A stretch of 63,167 nt of DNA, counting the filler, from Intoshia linei (Eukaryota > Animalia > Orthonectida): the NCBI GenBank assembly GCA_001642005.1. It is 5 parts of 5 records of this genome, joined end to end, with 100 filler letters (N's around TTAATTAATTAA, not from the genome) between each part and the next. Parts side by side here need not be neighbours in the genome. Positions count along the whole stretch, not along the records: positions 27,762 to 56,199 come from LWCA01000415.1; 4 more parts are not named here. One strand, written 5' to 3'. Shown here one piece after another: positions 38,232-50,419 of the stretch (position 1 is the stretch's first letter; every line of letters begins with the position of its first letter). Made by a program: the position numbers and the translations under genes. A model generated the notes under the pieces. The model searched no databases. It was not told where the DNA came from and saw only the letters and a list, made by a program, of their open reading frames with translations.

Positions 38232-39681
38232 CTACATGCCCATTAAGTTGAGCATGGTCGTTTCTTATCGTCAAATAGAGAATAAGTTTTTTTTTGTAAC
38301 ATGGAATAGAGATTCCAACATTTATGGACCATAATATAACCCAGAAATATTAGTGCTCATCAAAGTTGGTGAGACGAGGTATATGCAACTTTTATTAATG
38401 CAAATTACAACAAATATTTAAGGAATTCACATGTGGCATTGTAATTAAAAAGTTTGCTTATTTTCCAAGTCTCTTAATTAGTACATATAATATTATAACA
38501 TGTATGTATATTATAATCTGTATCTAACTTTTTTTTGGTTATCCATCTAACATAAAAATTAGGTATGCCTAAGTCATGAAAAGTAACCAGTGCCCCTTGA
38601 GTAAATATTTAAATTATTTATTTTTCAATTTTTATACCATAATTGGCTCATTTTAACTCTGATTTTTCGGATCGCACTAAATGTTTATTATTATTTTGTT
38701 GAATATATTAGAACCGTTTCTGTTCAGTTAAAATTTAAATTTATCATGTCTACATTTTCAAAAACGGGACCTGTAGAATATTTTGATAAAAAAAGTGACT
38801 CACGAGACAAAAAATTGCCGACTCTGGCCTAAATCATCAATTTCGTTTAACGTTTTTTGAAAAGATTGCACAATGTCTTTTACTCCTACAAAATGAATAT
38901 GAAATAAAATCTGTCACTATTGGTTCTTAATACTATATAAATCTGATATTAAATTATATATTTGCAATGTAGTTTGTATATTATTATGAAATTAAAAAAT
39001 ATGTAGGGCTTCCGCTAGCCCGACAACAACGTTGAGTTACACTATATTTAAATCGTTATAAAATAAAAAATAATTACTCTAAAAACATTTCGAATAAATT
39101 GCAAACTATTTTGAGCAATCATGAAACTTTATTTTAATTTGAGGTTTACATATTTACAAGAATATCAATGTAAATTTTACATTGCACACTGTAACACTTG
39201 TAATGGTTCGAAGCTATCGGTCTGATTACACACAATATTTCAATAAATATTTAATATTACACGTAGTAAATTTGTACCACCAACTTCAATCGGTTGATAA
39301 TTAAGTGGTCGGTGCCCATGGATACCGGAGCTTTATTATTACAACACTAGATCATGGTTTCTTAACATTTTGTACTTCAGGGCGAACCTTAAATTTTGAT
39401 AAGAAAAAAAAATTTAATTAAGGTGATCAATAGAATCAAGTTTCTAGGACACTGCGAATCAATTTGACATAAATTCAAGTGCCCAGAAAAAATACGTACT
39501 ATCACTTTTAATTTATTTGGAATAAATTATAAGCCAAAAATTTTTATTCGTCATCATAGATAAGTTGTTTTGGCTTTGTATTTAACACCAAATAAACTAA
39601 AATTGGTAGTAGGCATTTTTTATAGCCACTTTACATAAATCAATGTTTCATAATCGTGGGGCTAGACATATTCTATATACA

Positions 39682-39985
39682 CTAGGTTGACTGTTATGTA
39701 CTACGTACAAACAGCACCTAACTCTGCCGAAGACACATTTTTATTCTACCAAAAAAATAAATTTACGTTGGAAATCTAACTTAAAAATCCTACTATTCAC
39801 TATTATCAATCCTTTAAACGAGTGGAAAAATAAATTCACGTTGAAAATCTAATTTAAAAATCCTACTATTCACTATTATCAATCCTTTAAAGGAGTGGTT
39901 CCCAAATTTGTTTCAGGTGGAACCATCATATCACATTACTTTTTACTTTAAAGTGAATTATTCCACTTTAAATGAAATTAATTAT
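39682..39985 (-). mobile_element. Helitron family A 3' end (another at 55976-56199)
   Basis: Reverse complement of the hairpin plus CTAG^T terminus. Confidence 0.85.
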
Positions 39986-40370
39986 TCAAATGGATACCCT
40001 CCCATGCCAGTTGCTACACGATGGGAAACTTGGTTGGATGCTTCAAATTATTATGAAAAACATATACCAACTGTAAAACGTATAGTTAACAAATTTGAAG
40101 GTGACGGTCTCATAGTTAGACAAGCCAAATGTGCAATATCCAAAGAAACATTACCATCAGAATTAAAAATTATATCAGGATACAAAATGATACATGAATT
40201 AATAAAAAAATGTGAAGATTGCTCTTTTTCTATAATTAAAACCTGAAAATCAACTGAGCTGTGGTAGAACGAAGTTTCTCTATGTTTAAAAAACTGATTG
40301 TAAAAGATAAAAATTTTAAAACCGATAATATTGAAAAATATATAGTTTGTCATAATTTAGCAACAAATTA
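39986..40370 (+). pseudogene. CGGBP1-like hAT transposase relic
   Basis: PPMPVATRWETWLDASNYY, then in a shifted frame VVERSFSMFKK...NFKTDNIEKYIVCHN. Confidence 0.8.
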
Positions 40371-40749
40371 AACTAATTAATATTATTTTTTTCAGAGAGT
40401 TTAATTAATTTGTCAAAAATAGGATAGTATAATTATTTTCAATTATTGCTTTTTGAATAAAAAATTTTTAAGTCCAAAAAGTTAAAACATTTTTTTATTA
40501 GGTACAAAAATTCAGATTTATAGATCCAAAAAAAACTTGCTTTAATAAGTACTCTAATAGGTGACGTCACTGTAAATATTATTAAATTTTATTGACGTTG
40601 GGATAAAAGTGAGATTTTTTAAATAAATATTCTAGGCTTTGGGATAACTTTCCAACAACTGGCAACTCTGTTGTAAAATAATTTCCACTAGCAACTTACA
40701 GTATAATGCACCAGTAAAATTTAATTAAAAATGAAATGATATGTAAATA

Positions 40750-43700
40750 TTAGTTTTCAATTTGTTTTCTATCTTTTTTACTAAAAATTTTGGAAATTTC
40801 TTCAAATGATTTGTTTTTCGTTTCTGGAAAGAAAAAGTAGAATATGACATTGAAAATGGCACAATTTATGATAAATATTATGAAAACTTTTTCTCCAATT
40901 TTTTCCTAAATATTAGATAAATATTTACATTGTACATGTAATATATTACCTGAATTGGAGGTACGATAATACTGACAAGTAAAGTAAACAAAGAATTAGA
41001 GAATCCAGAAATACTCATAGCCGTTGATCTAGGACCTTGAGTAAACAATTCTGATCCAAGAATGAATGGAATAGGTCCCAATCCAAACTCAAACAAAATT
41101 ACATATATTAATATAAAAGTAATTGAAAAAATGCTCAATATGCTGTTGGTTGAATTGATAATTTCTTTAGCGATCTAAAATAAAATTCATGTATAATATT
41201 ATAGATTAAATGTACGCCATTTAAAGAATCGGGAGTTATATACGAGTTTAATGTGCAAACTATAGACATGCAAATAATCATTCCAGCAATAGGATAAAAG
41301 ATCAAAGGTTTTCTACCCAATTTATCTGTCAAAAATACCTAAAATATTTTATTCAAATTTTATTTACTTAAAGTGGAAATATTTATAATACAGTACTCGT
41401 TGGAATAAAGCGCACACTTCTAATTTTATCAATTTTTAGAAGAATTCATTGTTTTTAGATATAAATATATAGAATATCCAGTTTTCATTGTCTAATATGC
41501 TATCAATCCAAAAAATTAAAATAATGCCAAGCTGATGTAATTTAAATAAAATAAGAGAATCATTAATTTACAAGATAAATGCGAGATATATAAGGCATAA
41601 TTCTCCATTATTTTTCAGATAAACAAATGTAAAGAACACCCTTTCGGAAAAGAGTGTACTTTATATCAACGACCACTGTATTCATATCATAAATATATAG
41701 TTATAGTTACTGATGGTATGACTGCAATCATATTGATTATACTGGTCAGCAAAATTGCATATTGGATGTAGTTTTTAGAAATTATCCCAGAAAATAGTTC
41801 GTGAGAGTAAAAGAATATCTAAATTTTATAAATATTTCAACGATTTTTATAGTACCATGTTTATACCAGAAAGTTGTTGAATATATTGCATACTGACTGC
41901 CATAATTAAGGGTATGAGCAGATTTCTACTTGTAAAAAGTTGTATTATTTTGAATTCTGGTATTAATTTGCTTGTTTTTATTTCAACACTCATTTCATCG
42001 ATATCACTTTTAACATTATCGCTTTCTCGATAAAATTGCATCGCTAAAATATCAAATAATTATATTTAGGAGGCAATGATCAGTGTTTTCAATTTTTTTC
42101 AAGAATATTTAATAAAATCACACCTAAATTAACAATGTCAATATTTTCATTTTAATGTCCGTAAATTGTGTATGCAATGCATACTATGCATGTGTTTTCT
42201 AGTCCGGTCCGATACACATATTTTACAGTGGCGTAGCGTCATAGTGTGCAAGGTGTTCGCCGAACACCCTAGACTATTTAAAATTTACCATTTTTGTCAA
42301 ATTTTACGCAAGGGGTGTTGAAAATAAAATGAACAACTTACACTTAGATTATCTAAATTAGATATAGATTTAAACTTTAATTTAAATACAGTATTCTATT
42401 TCTAATGGGTCAAAAATTTTATTTACAAGAATGAAACAAATTAAATTCAGATCATATACAAGTTATCTTTCAAGCATACTTTATAGAAGTGGTTTTCAAA
42501 TTTTCTGCATTCGCAACCCCTTATGAACATTTCTTTATATTTCGGTATTAATTTTAACTTTATTTAAAAATGTTATGTTACCAAGGAACCATTTTTGAAC
42601 ACCTTGTAAGAAAAGTCACGCTACGCTACTAATATTTTAGTGTATTTCTCGGCATTAAAATTTTATAAACTCTCTGATGTACTCCATTCCTTTATCAACT
42701 AATAAATTTCAATAAATTTATAAACAAATTCGGGATACAATTTTCGTTCAGCCTGGTAGTGTATCGGTGTTAGTTTTGAAGGGTAGACATTTTTAAACTT
42801 CAAAATTGTTGAAGAGTTGAATCAAATTTTCAAAAAGATTGGTTAATTTGAATGCTTTATTCTAATTATTAGAATCTAATGTATTCAATAAAAAATTTAA
42901 TTTTGATATACATTGTATATTATCATAAATAAATATAAAAGAAAATTACACTTTGTCGCCTTTTGCTCGTCATTTTTTGTAATCATGAGATAGCGTGGAG
43001 ATTCCGGTATTTTAATCATCATAATTAAGCACACAATAGATGGTACTATATTCATAAGTAGCAAATAAGACCATCTGTATTTTGTACCTAAAATGATGAT
43101 AAAATTCAATATTTTTACTACAAATTATTCCATCTATGATGATTATTTCAAATATTTATCATACGTTCTGATTCATAACACAACGAAAAAACTATTTTTC
43201 CATTTTTCAAAAATGCTAAAGCTTCGCTTCACTTAAATCAATCATAAGCTAATTCCTCGTTAACTGAATTATTAATCCTGAAAAAATCTCATCCCGTTAA
43301 CAAGGAATTTTTTTTATAAATAAGGTATACATTAAAACAATGGTTTCCAATTGGGGTCCAAAATTATATTCCTGGGGCCTATCAGATTCAAATAAAATAT
43401 AGAAAATTTTTAATCAACTTTTATTTATTTTTATAGGAGAATTTTTAATATTTATTACAGAGTTTCTAGATGTTGATTATCCCAAAGCCTAGACCAAGTT
43501 TTCGCAACAAAAGCCATGTGACCACAAAGAGGACACTGGAAAAATCAAGGGCCATGGAAAAAAATTCAATTTGGCGGGCCACAGAAAAATATAGGGGCCA
43601 CAAAAATTTTTATATACTTATATATTTTTCAAGATGAAGTAATTATTACTTAAAATTGATACCAATTTTAATTTAGTAAATATTAAAAATTTATCGTTAT

Positions 43701-45005
43701 ATATTTAACATCATATATAATCATAATTATCATATATTAGAAGTAAACGTAAAATCAGTATTTTATTGATATTTTTAAAAACAACAAAACGATGTAGTTA
43801 AAAAAATAAAATTTAAGAATTAATGAAATTTTTGTTGTTTACTGTAAACAAATGTATCATATATATGTTTTCATAAAGATAAAGGAACTCTCATACAGTA
43901 ACGTGGAGAGGGTACACTGTACCACGTAAATATACTAATATTACCAAAAATAGAATCGAGTCCATATAGACTAGCAACAACAATACCAAAGGTAATCATG
44001 AGTTGATGAACTGTTACCAAAACACCTCTGATTTTAAATGGCGAAAATTCACTTACATACATGGGAGCTATTTGAGCTCCAATACCTATTATAAATTCAT
44101 AGAATTGTTATTTTTCATTTTATAAAATAATAATTACTAATATAATAATAAATAAATTCAATTACCACAATGCCAACCGGTTATTAATCTCCCAATAGGT
44201 AAAATCCAGTAAGAATTAAATGGATAAGACAAATATTGAATGACTCCTCCAATCACTCCAACTATTTGGCTTATCATAACAGTTCGCTTTCTAATGTATA
44301 AATTATCATTATGAAAAGTAATTGTCTACAAATCCTGTAATAAAAGATATTTCTCCGTTCTTACCTCAACGTTTCTGCTGATTCAAGTCAATAAATATTT
44401 ATTAAAATGTGTTATAATTTTAACCATCAAAACTATTTCCGATATATGATCTCTTAACTTTTTCCATTGTCAAATCTTAAGTCTGTTAATTGATTTCAAA
44501 ACTTCTTAAATAGATCAGCGGATAATTTATGTTGAAATTAGGGTTTCCGTGGAATTTTAAGTTTAAAAATTAATTTTAACTTAAACTTTTAAGGTGATGC
44601 TAGCGGAAACATTAACCCAAACTTAAAATTATTCTATTCACTTTTTTCAATAGATTGAAATAAAAACTATTCATCTCTCGAATTAGCATTTTGATGCATC
44701 TCATAAATTTCAATAATATGAAATTACCTTCCAAAGGTATCACTTAGGTATCCCACACACATGCCACCAATTATAGTACCAAAAACTCCAATTGCTGTAC
44801 ATATTGTAAAGTACCATTTACTTGATGAGTTGGTTTGTTCAAAATAAAAATTTTCGATATGCTATAATATAATAAATAAAGCAACAATGATATTATATCA
44901 ATTTACTTTTTTAATAGGATTTAAACTGCCAATATTATATCCAAATTGAAACGAAGTTCCAATGTATATTGAAAATACGGATAATAACAAATGGAAATTG
45001 AGTAG
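40750..45005 (-). CDS. Facilitated glucose transporter (SLC2A class I/II, GLUT-like), about 10 exons here
   Basis: Exons give GTSFQFGYNIG, SDTFGRK, GRLITGWHCG, PMYVSEFSP..RG, IPESPRYL, QQLSGIN, DKLGRKPL, GLGPIPF..ELF.QGPR, PETKNKSFEEI. Stop at 40750. Confidence 0.94.
41391..41678. mobile_element. Tc1/pogo-type MITE
   Basis: TA|CAGTACTCGTTGGAATAAAGCGCAC...GTGTACTTTATATCAACGACCACTG|TA. Confidence 0.75.
42226..42631. mobile_element. hAT MITE with perfect 8-bp TSD
   Basis: atatttta|CAGTGGCGTAGCGT...ACGCTACGCTACTA|atatttta. Confidence 0.85.
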
Positions 45006-46980
45006 CTATTTTTATTTATTAATTATTTGTATTAAATTTTTTTAGTTTTATAATATTATATACATGTACAGTAAGGTGTCTCATAGGTATTTAGAAAAGA
45101 TATGCTCAGGGCTTAAAATTATAGTATTACTAAAATAATAACTAAAAGTTTATTTTTTGTTTGAATAAAATCAAAAAAAATTGAGTTAGAAACAAATTTT
45201 AAAAAATAAAAAATATAACTAAACATGGACTACAATATTTTAAAGTCGGTACCACATTTAAAAGCTCAAACGCCAATTTCCGTTAAAATAAAGTTCATTT
45301 TTAATTTTTTAATATATAGTATATATAAAACTTTAAATGGTCAGGGATATCTTCAATATTCGTTGAAATGCATTAATATTTTGGAAATATCATTTTTTTT
45401 ATACTTGATCACTATTATACCTAAGGATGTTCAAAAATATAATTTTTTATTTTTTTTGAGACACTTTAATGTACAGTTTACACTATTCTCTCTATGACTC
45501 GCCATTCTTGAGATATAGAAAAAATTGGCGAGATAGAGAATTTAAAAATATAGAAACAGCAGATAAAACCTTTAAAGTAAAGGTTAAATTACAATAAAAT
45601 GTAAATTGGAATACAAATTGTAAAATTTATTACAAAATGATTAAAATCTATTTTATCCAAAAATTCATTTTTACAACTGAAATTAATTAACTATTTTTTA
45701 TATTTTCTAAAAATTATATTTGAATTAAAAAATTAATTTACTAAATAGTAAATCAGTAAATAGAATATAAAGACGATTTTTTGTGAGAGTAATATACAGA
45801 TTCCGTTATTTTAAATAAATGTATTATGCATGTTCTTTATTAAAAATTTAAGTGTTCTTTTTCGATTTGGAAGAATTTCAAGTGTCAAAATGGTTTAAAA
45901 CTTAAGTACATAAAATCGTAAATTATTTTGAAAAACGCTTTTAAAACTTTTAGTTTTATATTTTAAATTAATAGCGAGTAAGAGAATTGGCAAACTATAT
46001 AATAAAATTTTAATCTTTCTATATTACAGTATTAATCATTTGGCTAAATATAGAATTGGCGAATCATAGTGGTGACGATTAGTGGAGAGAATGCTATATT
46101 ATACAAATTTAGTGAAAATAAGGTAGTGTTGAAGTATCTTCATATACTTATAATGATAAATATCGTACTGTACAAAAAGTTTTATTTAGTGAAAATCCTG
46201 TATAAAACGTTTATTCGTATAATAATATGCAATTTATTATTATCTAAAGTAGTGACCACCAAACTTTTTGACATGGTGCTCGGAATAACTAAATAAAAAA
46301 TCCGCGGGCAAGACGGAAAATATACATGACTATATATTTAATTACCATTTGTCGTATCGCAAGACACTAATAGACAAAATACTGGAAAAATGGGATTTTT
46401 TATTTTGAGGTTGGATTAAGAAGTTTTTTCTCATAAGATTAGGTAAAATCATATTTTTCAAAAAAATATGAGTAGAATTCGATTTTTCCCTGAAGGTTTA
46501 AAATAATATTTTTTATTAAATTTTTTCCCAAAAATTTCCCATTTTACAATCACTGGTCTAATGTAATATGTAAACATGTTTTAATAGTAATTTAATATTT
46601 TTTTTAAATAATCCTGATAAATATTATGAAAAATTATGCTTTAAATGGAAAATTATATAAAACATGATCAAAAACTAAACATAATATAACATTTTCCACA
46701 CTTCAAAGTAGAAAGACGCAACCTATATTTAAAGCAATTTTGAATTAAATATTTCACTTGTCCTTCAAATTGTATATTAAGTTTCAAATTCAATGCAGAT
46801 AAATTATAGTGGGATATTTTACATAAATTTATTGGCATACATCTTGTTATAATTTGTTTTTAAATACAGTGCATTGCATTGGTAAAAATTTAAAGATTCT
46901 ATTATTTCGATGTACATTGTACAGTCAGTTCTCTCAATACCGCAATTTTGTTATTTAGATATTTATGGTGCTATTTAGTA

Positions 46981-49012
46981 CAATCTAAGTCCTTATTAAC
47001 GGAATTGTATTGTATTGTATCCGTTATACCGTTAATATGGAATTTTCACCATAGTAACACTCCAGTTAACGGAATTTAATTTTTTTAAATAAACACCATT
47101 AAATGGTCACATTTCTTGTTATTACACTGCGCGACAAAACTATAGCACATTCATATAACTTCATGAATATTCTTTAAAAATTATGATTTTGTTAAAAAAT
47201 TTATACCCTATTATACAACATTATATTGTTACATGGAAAAAAAAATTAAAACCGTTTGTTAATTTTATCCAACTTAAATATCAAATAAACTTTTTATTCC
47301 AATTTCAACTCGCGACAAAAGTGTGCTATATAAAGTCATTTTAAGATTTTTTATTGTCTGTTTCCAGTTTTTCTCATATTTTTGGCATTAATTTTATAAA
47401 AAATTTAGATTATTGCATTAATAATCCAAAATATGCCTCGTGGAACCCTTCTTTCAGATTATGAGAAAGGTCAAATTGATGTTTTATTGGTTGAAGGAAA
47501 AGTGGTCACATATATTGCAAAATCCATAGGAAGAAACCGCAAAGCCATATATAAATATATTAATAGATCGGGATCTTCGAATAAACCATCAAAAATTAAA
47601 ATTACCGGCATACCTTCAAAATTAACATGTAAAGAAAGAAGAAGGATAATTAGAAAAGCCTCAAATTCTGTCTTATCGGGTAGAGACATAAGAGATGAGC
47701 TAGATTTGAATAGTTCTGTAAGGACAAAACAAAGAGCTTTGAAAGCCTGTCCGCATATTGAACGCCGAAAACTAAAATCGAAACCATTCTTATCAGAAAA
47801 ACATCGAAAAAATAGGATGACGTTTGCCCATGAAAATTTAAAAACAAACTGGTCCTCAGTCTTTTTTTCAGACAATAAAAGATTTAATTTGGACGGTCTT
47901 GATGGAGAGTCGTATTATTGGCACGATCTAAAAAAATATGAAATGTCTAAAATGGGAAGAAAGTTTGGAGGGGTAGTATTATGTTATGGGCAGCATTTGG
48001 TGTTGACACGAAGAGAAAATTATGCTTTATTAACATAAATATGAATTGTCAAGTTTATATTGACATCTTAAACAACTACCTACTAACCATTTGAAGGTCG
48101 TTCAAAATATTTCAACAGGATAATGCATTAATCCATAAATCTCAAGAAACAAAAAGGTGGCTAAATTCAAAGAGGTTGAATGTTTTTGGATTGCCGGCAT
48201 GCTCTCCAGATCTAAATCTTATTGAAAATTAATGGCCAATTCATTCTCGCATGATATATATTATATAAGAATGACACACAATATAGAAATTTAAATGAGT
48301 TAAAAACGGCAATTGAAAAAGTCTGGACATCCATACCACCAATTACCATTTGTACCCTCATTTCTAGCGTGGACGACAGGATTTTTGAGGTTATACAGAA
48401 ACATGGCCACACGCATTATTAAAAAGTATTTATATTATATATTTTTATCATTCTATCAAAAATAAAACTTTAAAATGATAATTGTGCTATAGTTTTGTCA
48501 CACATGAAATACTTATATTTTTGATATTTAGTTATTATTATTTTTTTATTTACCCTATTATAATTTTGACAGTAAAATATTTATTTGAATGACACTTAGA
48601 AGATTTCATAAATTAATAAATTTTACTTTTTAAAGATAATTTGGAAATATCATCAAAATTTTAAATGTGATATAGTTTTGTCGCGGAGTGTATAAGTTTT
48701 TGAATAATACATGAACTAATATGCATAAAACATTATCAACGGGTCCACATCAGTTAAGTTACAATGATTTTGGCAATAATAGTAATTATTTCTAATTAAC
48801 GACATCTAATTTAATATTTATTAAAAATTTGATACAAAAACATAATGAATTGACTTCTAATTAATAAAAAAATTAGTTTATATTTATGATTCTTTTAAAA
48901 ATAGATTCTAGAGCTTTAGAGATAAAATTATTATTAACGGAATTTTTGGTTCATACAAATTCGTTAATAAAAAATAAATAAATTAAAATTCCGTTAATAA
49001 CAACTTAGACTG
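46981..49012. mobile_element. pogo/Tigger-type MITE hosting the Tc3-like element
   Basis: 26-bp TIR CARTCTAAGTxxTTATTAACGGAATT, TA flanks, internal TTAACGGAATT subrepeats. Confidence 0.75.
47125..48690 (+). mobile_element. Full-length, inactivated Tc1-family (Tc3-like, DD34E) transposon
   Basis: TA|CACTGCGCGACAAAACTATAGCACATT...AATGTGATATAGTTTTGTCGCGGAGTG|TA, with inner repeats near 47310 and 48485. The transposase (47433-48422; MPRG..., VFFSD, FQQDNA, SPDLNLIE with 34-residue spacing) has a frameshift near 47970 and in-frame stops. Confidence 0.95.
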
Positions 49013-49721
49013 TATAACGTTATGGTTAATATGTATTAATAAACAGTCTATATGTCCATATATTTTTTTATCAAAAAATTATATGGGCCCGTTTTTGAAA
49101 ATTACACATGATAAATTTCAATTTTAATTGAAGTGACATAGTTCTAGTATATTCAAAAAAATAATACCTAGGGCGATCTGAAAATTCAGAATTAAAATGA
49201 TTAAAATGAGCCAATTATATAAATATAATATTAATTAATATAATAAAACTTAAATTATACAATTATAGTAGAAAAGTGTTTAAAAGTTGAAAAATTTAAA
49301 ATTAAATAATTTACATATTTACTCAAAGGGCCACCAAATTTATTCTGTGGGCCATTGGTTACCGACGCTGCTATATATAAAATAATAATAAAATGTAATA
49401 TAGTAAAATAATGATAATATAGTGCCGGTATTGACTTATTTAAACTTCGTAATAATGGCCATACTGTCCTGATATTGTAAGCAGTATGAAGGTCACTGAG
49501 CGCATCAATCATATCAAAGCGATAGTATTTCAATACTTTTTGGATTAATTGTGTTACAACTATAGTGTAAAAAAATACCACATAATAAAGAAAGAACCAA
49601 AAATATGATGTATAAAAAAAATTGAGATTTACTCGTATTGTTTTAATAAAATTATAACCAATTCCATAAGAAAATAACATCCAATATAATAAAATAATAA
49701 TAACAAAGATATAAATGATAC

Positions 49722-49850
49722 TTCGAATAAAGAGTTATTCTTTTCTGTTTTACATTTTGGGTCTATCAAGCTTTTAACCTCCAATAGCTCTGATTTTTGA
49801 CTTGTCTCTTCATTTTGAGTAATATCGACATTTCTTTTTAAATCAGACAT
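49722..49850 (-). CDS. Candidate first coding exon of the GLUT gene
   Basis: ATG 49850, 43 hydrophilic codons, GAA|GTATCA donor in phase 0, matching the phase-0 acceptor at 45005. Confidence 0.5.
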
Positions 49851-50419
49851 TAATTCAAAAATCAAATATTAATTGTATCAATTATCACGTATAAAAAATG
49901 TGGTTTAAATTTAACTAGTTTTAATAGTAAATGTATATATTGAATGTCGTTTTATTTCAGTAGCGTTATGTAAATACTTATTTAAATATGTAAAATGGAA
50001 ATGTTCCAACATGTTCTATATAAGTGTGTATAAACAGTTAAAAACCATCGCTAGATCTAGAATCTAGATTCTAGTGTCTTTGATTTATTTTTTTCTACAG
50101 GATATTAGAATATTAATACAAATTTTGTTAAAATATAAAATGTTTAATTATTACAAATTATACGATAAAAATACATTCCAAATGGAGAAATAAATCAACT
50201 ACAATTATTTTAAATAAAGTATTTATTTGAAATTTATATATATCATTTAAATATGTTAAGATAATAATAATAATTTAGATTAAAAGATAACAGAAATTTT
50301 AATGACTAAATCATTCCAAATTTTAAATACTATTAGACTGGACTCGTATTGACTAGCAGTTTCAATAAACACGAGAAAAAAATCCAATAAATGAAATTTA
50401 TAAATTTTCCATTTTTCAA

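Noticed and set aside
49255-49680. 141-aa hydrophobic ORF and similar F/I/L/Y-rich ORFs
   Set aside because: The composition is expected from AT-rich non-coding DNA, and the ORF overlaps a dispersed repeat.
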